DNA from: Candidatus Heimdallarchaeota archaeon
GTDB taxonomy: Archaea; Asgardarchaeota; Heimdallarchaeia; Heimdallarchaeales; Kariarchaeaceae
Direction: 5' to 3'
DNA length: 64,000 nt
NCBI GenBank assembly: GCA_015523565.1
Contig: WAKA01000193.1
Coordinates: 1,153-65,152, forward strand
Shown here: positions 38,932-48,394 of the stretch, one piece after another
How positions within the stretch are numbered: the first letter of the stretch is position 1
Layout of the letters: each line of letters starts with the position of its first letter
Notes under the pieces: generated by a model
What the model saw: the letters and a program-made list of their open reading frames with translations, nothing else
Database searches by the model: none
What the model was told of the DNA's origin: nothing
Translations under genes and position numbers: made by a program

Positions 38932-39250
38932 GATTAATAATGAAAAGGTTTCTTTTTTAAAGTACATTAAACGTCAGAGTTAAAGGAACCAAACTTAACA
39001 TGAAATGATATAAAGACATGGGAAAAAACACCGGAATGAAGTTTAAAATTTGATTGCCACGGACAATGAATTGAAAAGGAATCATGCCTTACATTCAAAT
39101 ATAAAATTAAAAATTTAATCTGTCCTTTTGAATCAAAAATAAATTTTCAGTCACAACCCATTTGTAATTTTTGCATTTCTGTTATCATTTTGTATTTTTT
39201 CAATTTTGACCGATTGTCTTATAGTAAAACTTAAATATTTTTTTTCGTAC

Positions 39251-40627
39251 ATGCTCATGCAACACAAAAAAAGGTTTGCATTCAAATTGATTGGTATTTT
39301 ATTGATATCACAACTGGGCTTGTCTTTCGTTTCTGCTATTGACAGTAATATGATTGATAATGAGAAGACAGCCCAGGTTCGGACATTGGGATCTCCAGGA
39401 ACAGAATTGGTAGATGCCAACTCTGTCTATGAATGTACTGATCCAGCACTGACTTTCATTGGATGTGATTGGTGGATTGATGTCTGGAAAACCAAAAACG
39501 TTCAATACCCTGGCTCAATTGTGGTGATGGACGACGGCTTGACGGTCAACCAATGGAAAACATTGGAAAAGGCAAGGACAAACGGTTATTTCGTGGATAT
39601 CGTGAAATATGTTACGTTGGATGATAATGGCAACGTTCGTTTCTTCGGTTCCAAAGGTGTAGATGATTTGACCAGTGTCACAGATTATGATTTGGGCGGA
39701 AGGGGGATGCTAGTTACACATACATATGACGTAATATCCTCCTTGATGACTATTGCAAGAGAGGTTGATGTCATTGTCATCGATATTGCTGTGCCCACAA
39801 ATCAAACCAGTAATGATGATGGTGGCTTTGATGTCCTTGATGAACGTGCTTGGGATTGGATAATAGACAATATGGACGGATATGGAATAAAAGTGATCAA
39901 CTTTAGTTTAAAAACCCCGTATCTTTCTTATAATGCCCGTTTCATTAATCGTAAAATCACAACACTCTACCTTAATAATGTCTATATTGCCGCGGGCATT
40001 GGAAATTCTGGTGATCAAAACCAAAATTTTCCTATCGTTAATGATTATGTGAGGGCAATAGGCTCAATAGATCATGAGGATAGGGGGGGTTGGGCAAAAG
40101 ATGCTGGAATCACATATTGGGATCCGAAATACTACTCTTCAAACGGATCATATAGTGGTGGATCGTCTTATGGAATTTTATATTGCCCAAATACAAATAC
40201 CTTGACTTTATGCTCAAGTTACGGGAGCGATTTGGATCCCAATAAAGGCATAAGTTTTGTTATGCCTGGAAACGGAATTCCACTCCCTTCATTAAATGGT
40301 GTTGAAAATCATTCAATCAATCAGTTTGTTTATGGCATTGGGACAAGCTATTCCACCCCCTATTTTTCTGCAACTGTGATGATTGCTGAATACGCATATA
40401 CAGCAGGTTGGAAATCTGTATCCCCCTCGACGCAAGTGAAGACATTAACAGTTGATGAAATTGATGACCTATTTCGCCAAATTTCCTCAAGGGATACTTG
40501 GGATTATCGTTTGGGTTGGGGATTTCTCAACATCCAACAGGTTTATCAATTGTTTTATGAACAAGGGGTTAACGATGCACCATTCGTTCCAGGCGGTGGT
40601 GGAGGGTCGATATTTTTCACGAGGTGA
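39251..40627 (+). CDS. divergent subtilisin-like (S8) serine peptidase, secreted
   Basis: Signal peptide present. Candidate triad: VVMDDGL (Asp), LVTHTYDV (His), VINFSL (oxyanion Asn) and GIGTSYSTPYFSA (the GTS..P Ser motif). Confidence 0.55.
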   Translation: MLMQHKKRFAFKLIGILLISQLGLSFVSAIDSNMIDNEKTAQVRTLGSPGTELVDANSVYECTDPALTFIGCDWWIDVWKTKNVQYPGSIVVMDDGLTVNQWKTLEKARTNGYFVDIVKYVTLDDNGNVRFFGSKGVDDLTSVTDYDLGGRGMLVTHTYDVISSLMTIAREVDVIVIDIAVPTNQTSNDDGGFDVLDERAWDWIIDNMDGYGIKVINFSLKTPYLSYNARFINRKITTLYLNNVYIAAGIGNSGDQNQNFPIVNDYVRAIGSIDHEDRGGWAKDAGITYWDPKYYSSNGSYSGGSSYGILYCPNTNTLTLCSSYGSDLDPNKGISFVMPGNGIPLPSLNGVENHSINQFVYGIGTSYSTPYFSATVMIAEYAYTAGWKSVSPSTQVKTLTVDEIDDLFRQISSRDTWDYRLGWGFLNIQQVYQLFYEQGVNDAPFVPGGGGGSIFFTR

Positions 40628-40631
40628 TGAG

Positions 40632-41783
40632 ATGAGAAAAATATTTGTTATCTTTACTGTTACAGTTCTTCTGCTGAACATCCATGCCACCATGAGTATA
40701 GAGGTGGTTAAGCAACTTTTCAGTGAACCTGAAACGTTGGTCGGTCCCACTACCGTGAAGTTGTCCAACGGCAGTCCTTTTTCTCTTAAATTAAGTGATG
40801 ATGGAAATGAGGATCTGCCATATCGTATCGTCATTTGGAATGTGGTTGGAAGTGGGACTTTTTCTTTTGTTAATTTGTCAAATCGTTCTGAGGTCATCTA
40901 TCCCTTTGTCTCTAATTACACTAGAGACCTCCAATTCAAGTTGGACGATGCAAACCCAGATAATTATTATTACTTATATAGCCGCAATTTGGAATATTTA
41001 TTGGTGGTGAACATTTCTTCAAGTGAACAGACTCCATGGGTTATTTATCACCCCACTGTTTTCAAAGATGAGCTTTTCGCCATCTATTATGACGGTCCTG
41101 GCAATGCAAAGTTTCAGATGAGGATTGAGAGAAGCAAAAGATATGCCTACCCCTTCCCTGAACAACCGATTTCCCTTCGGTCGGGAGAACATTTCTCATC
41201 AATCGGGAAGGTGAACGCCACCCCTGTTTTATCGGTTGACATGAAAAACGTGACAGGTCAAGGAATACTAAGGTTTTTCCTGTTTACCGATTCAAGACAA
41301 CAGGTCTATTCCGATTACAACAGGTATTTTGAGACCTATGCCAATGCTTCGGTCTACTATAACAAAAAACAGCAATTTTATAGCTATAACATCCCCCACA
41401 AGTCGCATGAGCATATAATGGTTTACAAGGAAGTCCAACTCAACGGTAGCGTGGATCTCCTCCCTGTGATTGAATCCTATTCATTTTTGGTAGGTGACGT
41501 GTATTTTTCGGGGTTGAAATACCCGATGCCTGACGAAAACCCTGATGAATTCTTGTTTGCCATCTATTTTGAGGGGGGTGGTACCGTCAACTTTAATTTG
41601 GAAGTCAAGTATCCTGTCACCACACGTTGGGTCACTGCGTTAGGGAGCTTGAATGACTTGGATACTGTGGAAAAGACAACTGAATCAAAGACGACTCCTT
41701 TTCCAACACTCTCCGTTCTTTTGGCAGTCCCTGTAATCTTGATTGGAAAAAAAAGAAGGCAATTCCTTAAACAGAAACTGTGA
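40632..41783 (+). CDS. secreted two-domain protein with C-terminal TM anchor (tandem paralogue 1)
   Basis: Trimmed to MRKIFVIFTVTVLLLNIHA, with GGTGAT upstream. Many N-x-S/T sequons. The C-terminus is ...TPFPTLSVLLAVPVILIGKKRRQFLKQKL. Confidence 0.65.
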   Translation: MRKIFVIFTVTVLLLNIHATMSIEVVKQLFSEPETLVGPTTVKLSNGSPFSLKLSDDGNEDLPYRIVIWNVVGSGTFSFVNLSNRSEVIYPFVSNYTRDLQFKLDDANPDNYYYLYSRNLEYLLVVNISSSEQTPWVIYHPTVFKDELFAIYYDGPGNAKFQMRIERSKRYAYPFPEQPISLRSGEHFSSIGKVNATPVLSVDMKNVTGQGILRFFLFTDSRQQVYSDYNRYFETYANASVYYNKKQQFYSYNIPHKSHEHIMVYKEVQLNGSVDLLPVIESYSFLVGDVYFSGLKYPMPDENPDEFLFAIYFEGGGTVNFNLEVKYPVTTRWVTALGSLNDLDTVEKTTESKTTPFPTLSVLLAVPVILIGKKRRQFLKQKL

Positions 41784-41796
41784 GGGAGGTGATCAG

Positions 41797-42969
41797 ATGA
41801 GAAAAATTCTTGTAGTCTTTACAATTTCAGTCCTTTTACTGAATGTCAATGCTTCCATGGGGATGGAAGTCATGAAACATCTTTTCAGTGACCCAGAAAC
41901 CGTGATCGGCTCCACTACTGTAAGAGTGTCAGAAGGCAGTCCTTTTTCTTTTAAAATAACCGATGAGGGAAATGAGGATCTCCCATATCGTATCGTCATT
42001 TGGAACGCGGTTGGGAATGGCACTTTTTCCATTGTCAACTTGTCAAATCGTTCTGAGGTCATCTATCCTTTTGTCTCTAATTACACTAGGGATCTTCAAT
42101 TCAAGTTAGACTATGCGAAACCTGATGAACACTACTACATATATAGCCGTAATTATAGTCGCAATTCTGAATATTTGTCAGAATATTTGCTAGTGGTAAA
42201 CATTTCTTCGAGCGAGCAGGCTCCATGGGTCATTTATCTCCCTGCTTTTGTTAATGATGACCTATTTGCCATTTATTATGATGGATCAGGCAATGCAAAG
42301 CTCCAGATGAGGGTTGAGAGAAGCAATAGGTATGCCCATCCGTTCCCTGAGCAACAGCTTTCCCTTCAATCGGGAGAGCATTTCTCTTCCATCGGGAAGG
42401 TCAACGCCACTCCTATTCTATCTGTTGACCTCAAAAATGTGATTGGTCAAGGAACTTTGAGGGTTTTCCTGTTCACCGATTCAAGACAACAGGTCTATTC
42501 TGATTACAATAGGTATTTTGAGACTTATGCAAACGCTTCCGTCTCCTACAACCAAATGCAACAGTATTATAGCTACAACATCCCTCACCAATCCCATGAG
42601 CACATAATGGTTTACAAGGAGGTTCAACTCAACGGTAGCATGGATCTCCTCTCTGTAATTGAATCCTATTCATTTTTGGTAGGTGACGTGTATTTTTCGG
42701 GGTTGAAATACCCGATGCCTGACGAAAACCCTGATGAATTCTTGTTTGCCATCTATTTTGAGGGGGGTGGTACCGCCAACTTTAATTTGGAGGTCAAGTA
42801 TCCCGTCACCACACATTGGGTCGTAGAGTTGGGAAGTTTGAATGATTTGGAACCCGTGGAGAAGACAACTGAATCAAAGACGCCTTTTTCGTTACTATTC
42901 CTTTTTATGGCAGTCCCTGTAATCCTGATTGGAAAAAAAAGAAGGCAATTCCTTAAACAGAAACTGTGA
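41797..42969 (+). CDS. secreted two-domain protein with C-terminal TM anchor (tandem paralogue 2)
   Basis: Trimmed to MRKILVVFTISVLLLNVNA, with GGAGGTGAT upstream. High identity to 40632-41783, including a 118-bp identical tract. Confidence 0.65.
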   Translation: MRKILVVFTISVLLLNVNASMGMEVMKHLFSDPETVIGSTTVRVSEGSPFSFKITDEGNEDLPYRIVIWNAVGNGTFSIVNLSNRSEVIYPFVSNYTRDLQFKLDYAKPDEHYYIYSRNYSRNSEYLSEYLLVVNISSSEQAPWVIYLPAFVNDDLFAIYYDGSGNAKLQMRVERSNRYAHPFPEQQLSLQSGEHFSSIGKVNATPILSVDLKNVIGQGTLRVFLFTDSRQQVYSDYNRYFETYANASVSYNQMQQYYSYNIPHQSHEHIMVYKEVQLNGSMDLLSVIESYSFLVGDVYFSGLKYPMPDENPDEFLFAIYFEGGGTANFNLEVKYPVTTHWVVELGSLNDLEPVEKTTESKTPFSLLFLFMAVPVILIGKKRRQFLKQKL

Positions 42970-43165
42970 GGGATTTCGTCAGATTCATTGACCATTATTG
43001 ACAACCAATGTAAGTTCTTTGTGAGCATCGATTGGAGGAATACATTTAGGGTTGTGATTTAATCACGTTGTTTGTTTTATTGTGAATATCAAAAAAAACT
43101 GGAAAAGGAACAGTGAGCCCAGCCATTTGGAAAAGGTCTAAATAATTCATCCGTATTTCTTTTTC

Positions 43166-44971
43166 ATGCAAAGGAAACGGGATTATGAGACTATATCTCG
43201 ACATGTAAGGACAGCAATGGGATTTGAGGATCCCGATCTGCTATTGGTGGGGGGACAGGTTGTCAATACTCTGACAGGGGAGATTTACGAGGCGGACATT
43301 GCAATCAAAGATGATGTCATTGTCAGGGTTGGGGATGTAAGTGATTTCTTGGGGAAAGGGTTAAGGCAAATTGATTGTTCTGGCACCTATCTAATTCCAG
43401 GATTAATTGATTCACACCTCCATACAGAATCATCCTTGCTGACACCTACACATTTCACGGAAGTGGCATTGCCTCGAGGAACGACAACAGTCGTGGTTGA
43501 TCCACATGAGATAGGAAATGTACTTGGAATCAAGGGGTTGAAGTTGTATCTAGAGGAAACAAAGAAGCTCCCGCTTGAATTCCTGGTGGAAATCCCCAGT
43601 TGTGTGCCTGCGGCACCGACATTGGAAACTGGTCCGAACATCATTTCATCTGAGGAATATCCAGAACTTCTCAAGGAAGAGGGGTTTTTTGCACTGGCAG
43701 AGATGATGAATTTTCCAGGGGTGATTTACGGTGATGAGGAAGTGATTAAAAAGCTGGCACATGCGGAGGCAATGGGGAAGATTAAGGAAGGGCATGCACC
43801 AGGTCTTATTGGCAAGGAATTGCAAGCTTATGTGACAGCAGGGATTTCATCGGACCATGAAAGTTTCACAGTGGATGAGGTGATAGAGAAATTACGATCA
43901 GGTTGCAAGATTCAATTGAGAGAGGGGAGTTTTGCAAGAAACCTTCTCGAATTGGCAACTGGGATCAAGGAAAAACTTGGTGATGCAAAGAATCCATGGG
44001 ATCAGGTGATTATCTGCACAGATGACAAGCATGCCGATGATTTGTTATATGTGGGCCATCTGGATCATTCCTTGAGACTTTTAGTGCAAAAGGTCGGGCT
44101 TGATCCAATCACCGCAATCCAGATTTGCACCATCAATCCTGCAAGACATTTAAAACGAGAGGACTTGGGGGCTATTGCCGCAGGCAAGACTGCAAATATT
44201 GTCAGGGTCGATAATTTGCATGATTTCAATGTACTGGATGTGATTGCACAAGGCAGGCATGTAGCAAGCAATGGGAAGTTATTGTTGGAACTGGAGGAGC
44301 AGGAGTATCCTGCATGGGCATTGAACACAGTCAATCCCAAATTCATCCCGACAAGAGAAGATTTTCATATTGAGGCGCCCATAGAGAATGGATATGTGAA
44401 TGCACATGTCATAGGTGTGCTGGAGCACTCATTGGTGACAGATCACCTTGTGGAAAAGGTACGAATTAAGAATAAGAGGGTGGTTTTGGAAAAAGGAAAG
44501 GATTTGGCATATTACTTCCTGCTTGACAGGCATGGAAAAACCGACCATTTTGCTAAATCACTTGTCAAAGGATTTGGGTTCAAGGGAGATGTTGCTGTTG
44601 CATCCACAGTGGCTCATGACAGCCATCAGATATTGATTACCGGCAATTCACCTGAATGCATGGAACTGGCATTGAAAAAGCTGATAGAGAGCAATGGAGG
44701 ACAAATTATCGTTGCAAAGGAAAATGGAGTCATGGAAACACATGTCTTGCCCCTTCCCTATGCAGGGCTGATGTCCCTTGAAAAGCCAGAGGCAGTTGCA
44801 AGGCAGATGCAGAAAATGAAACAGTTTTCAGAAAAGGTATGCACGGGCATTTCCGAACCGTTCATGTCATTGTCATTCATGGCATTGCCAGTCATCCCCA
44901 AATTGAAACTTTCAGATTTGGGAGTTGTCGATGTTGACAAGTTTGAGGTAATTGACCTTTTTGCAAAATAA
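43166..44971 (+). CDS. ade: adenine deaminase
   Basis: 601 aa amidohydrolase. IPGLIDSHLHTESS metal site and an overall length typical of Ade. TATA-like TCTAAATAAT lies about 28 nt upstream. Confidence 0.75.
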   Translation: MQRKRDYETISRHVRTAMGFEDPDLLLVGGQVVNTLTGEIYEADIAIKDDVIVRVGDVSDFLGKGLRQIDCSGTYLIPGLIDSHLHTESSLLTPTHFTEVALPRGTTTVVVDPHEIGNVLGIKGLKLYLEETKKLPLEFLVEIPSCVPAAPTLETGPNIISSEEYPELLKEEGFFALAEMMNFPGVIYGDEEVIKKLAHAEAMGKIKEGHAPGLIGKELQAYVTAGISSDHESFTVDEVIEKLRSGCKIQLREGSFARNLLELATGIKEKLGDAKNPWDQVIICTDDKHADDLLYVGHLDHSLRLLVQKVGLDPITAIQICTINPARHLKREDLGAIAAGKTANIVRVDNLHDFNVLDVIAQGRHVASNGKLLLELEEQEYPAWALNTVNPKFIPTREDFHIEAPIENGYVNAHVIGVLEHSLVTDHLVEKVRIKNKRVVLEKGKDLAYYFLLDRHGKTDHFAKSLVKGFGFKGDVAVASTVAHDSHQILITGNSPECMELALKKLIESNGGQIIVAKENGVMETHVLPLPYAGLMSLEKPEAVARQMQKMKQFSEKVCTGISEPFMSLSFMALPVIPKLKLSDLGVVDVDKFEVIDLFAK

Positions 44972-44976
44972 GATGC

Positions 44977-45819
44977 TTAGGGCTCAATGGTTGCCTCCAA
45001 GGGGAGATGATCAGAAATCAGGGTTTTATAGATGACAGAATTGACAACTTGAAATGAAGGATCAAGGAAAATATAATCGATATATAATTTGGGCTTGTTT
45101 GCAGGCCATGTAGCAGTGTCATTGGTTGGATTTGCGGTTGCCCAAGCATCGATAAAGCCTTGGTTGGTTATTGTCTTGATTTCGACCCAATCTGGAAATG
45201 AATTGAAATCACCCACAAGAATTGTAGGGTTTTGTGCCTGTTTCATGATGTCCAACAGGAATTCAACCTGCTTGACACGTTCAGGGTTGGATTTGTCCTC
45301 ATAAACATGTGACAGGTGAGTGGTATAGAAATCTATGGAATATGAGTCATTGATCTTGATTGTTGCATGAACCAAAGTTCTGAAAAGGACAATCCTTGGT
45401 TTAAGGACAAAGCTTTCACTGAAGGTGATTGGATATTTTGAGAAGATTCCATTGAACAAACCGCCATTATGGACATTACTGAACGCATGGTATTTGTATC
45501 CCATTTTTTCCATCTCGAAAGTGAGCAATGATGCAAAATCGCCACCAGTGTTCAGAATGAAATCATGGCTTAATTCTTCAAATCCTACGATATCAATCCC
45601 TTTTGAGGCAACAAACTTGGCAATGCGGGCAGGATCGAAGACATTGTCCATTCCAATCCCATAATGCAGATTGTATGTCATTATTTTCAATGATGAACCT
45701 GTGGGTTGAGGTTCCGTGTTTGCTTGCAGATCAGACAAGTATAGATAGCCAAGCATCGGGACAAAGAGTAGGGTAACTAGAAGCACCAATACAAGATTTC
45801 CTTTGATATCGCGTTTCAT
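44977..45819 (-). CDS. endonuclease/exonuclease/phosphatase (EEP) family protein, signal-anchored
   Basis: N-terminal TM segment. LKIMTYNLHYG, ILVGDFNSFPD and SDHLPLEA are EEP motifs. Confidence 0.75.
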   Translation of the reverse strand: MKRDIKGNLVLVLLVTLLFVPMLGYLYLSDLQANTEPQPTGSSLKIMTYNLHYGIGMDNVFDPARIAKFVASKGIDIVGFEELSHDFILNTGGDFASLLTFEMEKMGYKYHAFSNVHNGGLFNGIFSKYPITFSESFVLKPRIVLFRTLVHATIKINDSYSIDFYTTHLSHVYEDKSNPERVKQVEFLLDIMKQAQNPTILVGDFNSFPDWVEIKTITNQGFIDAWATANPTNDTATWPANKPKLYIDYIFLDPSFQVVNSVIYKTLISDHLPLEATIEP

Positions 45820-46892
45820 GCCTGCACCTCCATGACCAACCCATTTTTCAGGCTAAACCCTGCCAAAATGAGGCAATAGATGTTGAGAATTATTGGATAA
45901 TTGTACAGCAATTGAAGCATGATGAACAACAGGAACAGGAACAATCCAAGGAATGAGCCATTCACAACACTTGTGGATTGGGAATTGTTATTGGAATTGA
46001 AATAGTTCATGATGGATACTGACCAAAGCAGGAAATATGTCAGGAAATATGAAAGAACCAAAAGAAAATTGCTTTTGCCAGTATAGTAGATCAGAGGCAT
46101 GACAGTCAATGCAAAAAGAATGGAAATGGCATACCGCAGAACCATGTTTCTTGAGTAATAAAGGAAGGGTACAATGGTGGGCAAAAGCAAAGAGGAAACG
46201 ACCAATATTGTAACGCCGAAAGTGTAAGGGACTGAAAAAAGATTGACAATGATACCAGGATTTGTGAAATATGAAAGGTAAAGTAGCAATGCCAAAAACA
46301 GATTTAAGCCTGTAGTGAAGGAATAGTTTCCTTTTTTGGGCAGAGAGTCCAAAGACTTTGCAAAATAAACCAAAATCCCAAGAAAAACAAGGAGATAGAC
46401 GAACTGCACAATGTCAAAGTGATATGTAAGGTCAAAGCCAAATGAAGCAAGCTTCAAGAGCAAATCCAAGGCAGGAACAAATGTCAGGGCCATTACCATC
46501 TCGTATTTTGAGAGAAGAGAGGTTTCATGGAATAGGGAAACCACCAATAATGAGCAGAGACCCATGATTATTGCCAAGAACAGTTGGATTGCACCGTTTG
46601 ACACAAAGACCAAGGCAATTCTTGAAATTGCCACGCCACTGACAAGCAGGATTGCAGGTCGATATTGCAGATCCACGAACCTTGCAGTCAATGGGGCAAG
46701 CAATAGGGCGAACCCAAGCAGAATCAGCACATACAATGGTACGTATTCATAGTAATTTGCAACAAGAACCGCAACAATCAGCCTTGCCGCTTGCAAAAAG
46801 AACACGATACCCAATGCAAGAACACCCATCCCCTTAAGGTTCATGTCAAGGGGAAAGCTAGTTTGCATGCCTTCTTTTACGGATGTTTCCAT
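45816..46892 (-). CDS. polytopic membrane protein of unknown function
   Basis: 358 aa, about 10 TM. Its stop overlaps the EEP start as ATGA. Confidence 0.55.
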   Translation of the reverse strand: METSVKEGMQTSFPLDMNLKGMGVLALGIVFFLQAARLIVAVLVANYYEYVPLYVLILLGFALLLAPLTARFVDLQYRPAILLVSGVAISRIALVFVSNGAIQLFLAIIMGLCSLLVVSLFHETSLLSKYEMVMALTFVPALDLLLKLASFGFDLTYHFDIVQFVYLLVFLGILVYFAKSLDSLPKKGNYSFTTGLNLFLALLLYLSYFTNPGIIVNLFSVPYTFGVTILVVSSLLLPTIVPFLYYSRNMVLRYAISILFALTVMPLIYYTGKSNFLLVLSYFLTYFLLWSVSIMNYFNSNNNSQSTSVVNGSFLGLFLFLLFIMLQLLYNYPIILNIYCLILAGFSLKNGLVMEVQA

Positions 46893-46977
46893 GAAGGAAA
46901 TAGGTAAGACCCCTTTAAAATTCTAATTGGGATTCTTTTTGATTTATAGAAATCTTTGCCAATGAATTGTGCGAATT

Positions 46978-48345
46978 TTACTTGATTGTCTGCAACAGCT
47001 TCATGCCAACCTTATATCCAGACAAAGAGGCTTGAATTACGGATGGGGCAAATTTCACCTCGACACCAGAACCAGCCATGTAAAGCCTGTCTGTAAGTTT
47101 TGGCGGAAATACGGGAAAATCGATGGTTGGCGCAAGGTTGGTTGTTGTGCCTGCATCATTGTAATATTTGACAAAAGAGGGAGGGGACTGATATCCAAGG
47201 AATCTTGACTTTTCCTTGAAATCAGGAAGGAAATGGGCATATTCCGTCTCAGCAAACTTTCGCATTTGCATGACATCATTCTCGGTGATATTGGGGGGAG
47301 TTACAAACCAAAAGCTGACAGGATATGCACCGTCATTGACTAGCGTCTTGTCAACCAAGGCAGGAAAGTGAATATAGCACCCCTTCACTTCCAGCTTCCC
47401 AGCCATGGCAGATGTCATGATGGAATTGACTTCGGCAATGGAATCAACAGGATAGTAATTGAGCAGGGGAGCTCTCCCCTTGTAATTTGCGGGTGCATCC
47501 CCCTCATATGCATAAAGGAGGTGCGTCGTTTGAATGCTGGGACGCGTCCGTTTCAACAATTTCCTCGCTTGCTTGATTTGTTTGGATTTGCCTCTGATTG
47601 AATTCAAGGTATGGGGTACACCCATTGCAGAGACGACATAGTCTGCCTCAAACTTCCCTTCAGATGTCATAACCTCGACAGACTTTCGTTTCGGAGCAAT
47701 CTCCGTAACCTTTTGGTTGAGGAAAAGCTGCACACCATTTCCTTTTGCCCTTTCCCATAGCTTTTGCGTGATTTGGCTCGTGCTTCCAACAGGATATTTG
47801 AAATTATGCGCATATTCCAACAGTTTCAAGGTGATTGCGGCGGCCATGTTTGTGGGCAAGCCCGCATCAATCGAGCCACTTGACAGGAACAATTGGAGTT
47901 TCGGATCCACATCTATCTCCTTGAGAAACTGTTCGATAGATTTTGTTTCAAAATCGTGAATATGGGTCAGAAACATGATCAAGTTCCAGATAGGAGAATA
48001 CCATTGTTTGCCGGTTATGCGGAGCAGATCCTCAAGAGCCGTCAATGAGATGTCAATCCTCAATGGAAGCCGCTCCCTAGTCGAGATGATGTCCCAAGTA
48101 ATGTCCAAGACGTCTATTTTGACATCAAGCTTGTGATGGAGGAAGTCAATGAAGTATGGGGTTAGCAATGTGGCACCAATATCAAAGTTGAAGCCCTCCA
48201 CCTCTACCGCCTGAACCCTTCCGCCAACTGAGGGGGCTTGGTCAATCATGGTAACGTCATGGTCTTTTGACAATTTCAATGCGGTTACAAGCCCACCCAC
48301 CCCAGTCCCAAGAATTATTACATGAGCCATAACCAAAATTCTCAA
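46978..48345 (-). CDS. FAD-dependent oxidoreductase (phytoene desaturase/amine oxidase-like)
   Basis: N-terminal VIILGTGVGGLVTALKLSKDHDVTMIDQAPSVGGR dinucleotide-binding motif. The start may instead be Met6 (48330). Confidence 0.75.
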   Translation of the reverse strand: MRILVMAHVIILGTGVGGLVTALKLSKDHDVTMIDQAPSVGGRVQAVEVEGFNFDIGATLLTPYFIDFLHHKLDVKIDVLDITWDIISTRERLPLRIDISLTALEDLLRITGKQWYSPIWNLIMFLTHIHDFETKSIEQFLKEIDVDPKLQLFLSSGSIDAGLPTNMAAAITLKLLEYAHNFKYPVGSTSQITQKLWERAKGNGVQLFLNQKVTEIAPKRKSVEVMTSEGKFEADYVVSAMGVPHTLNSIRGKSKQIKQARKLLKRTRPSIQTTHLLYAYEGDAPANYKGRAPLLNYYPVDSIAEVNSIMTSAMAGKLEVKGCYIHFPALVDKTLVNDGAYPVSFWFVTPPNITENDVMQMRKFAETEYAHFLPDFKEKSRFLGYQSPPSFVKYYNDAGTTTNLAPTIDFPVFPPKLTDRLYMAGSGVEVKFAPSVIQASLSGYKVGMKLLQTIK

Positions 48346-48394
48346 TCAATGCTATAACCTTTTTGTGAAAAAAGAAAATAGAAACCATTTTTGC

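Noticed and set aside
41700-41783. Canonical PGF-CTERM/archaeosortase signal in the anchored proteins
   Set aside because: The tails have a TM helix plus a basic cluster but no PGF tripeptide or Thr-rich tract immediately before it. I kept this only as a low-confidence idea within the BspA finding.
43054-43066. 13-bp palindrome GTGATTTAATCAC about 100 nt upstream of the adenine deaminase gene
   Set aside because: A single short AT-rich palindrome in an AT-rich spacer has a high chance occurrence. It is unlike the PadR-type sites and I saw no repeated instance.
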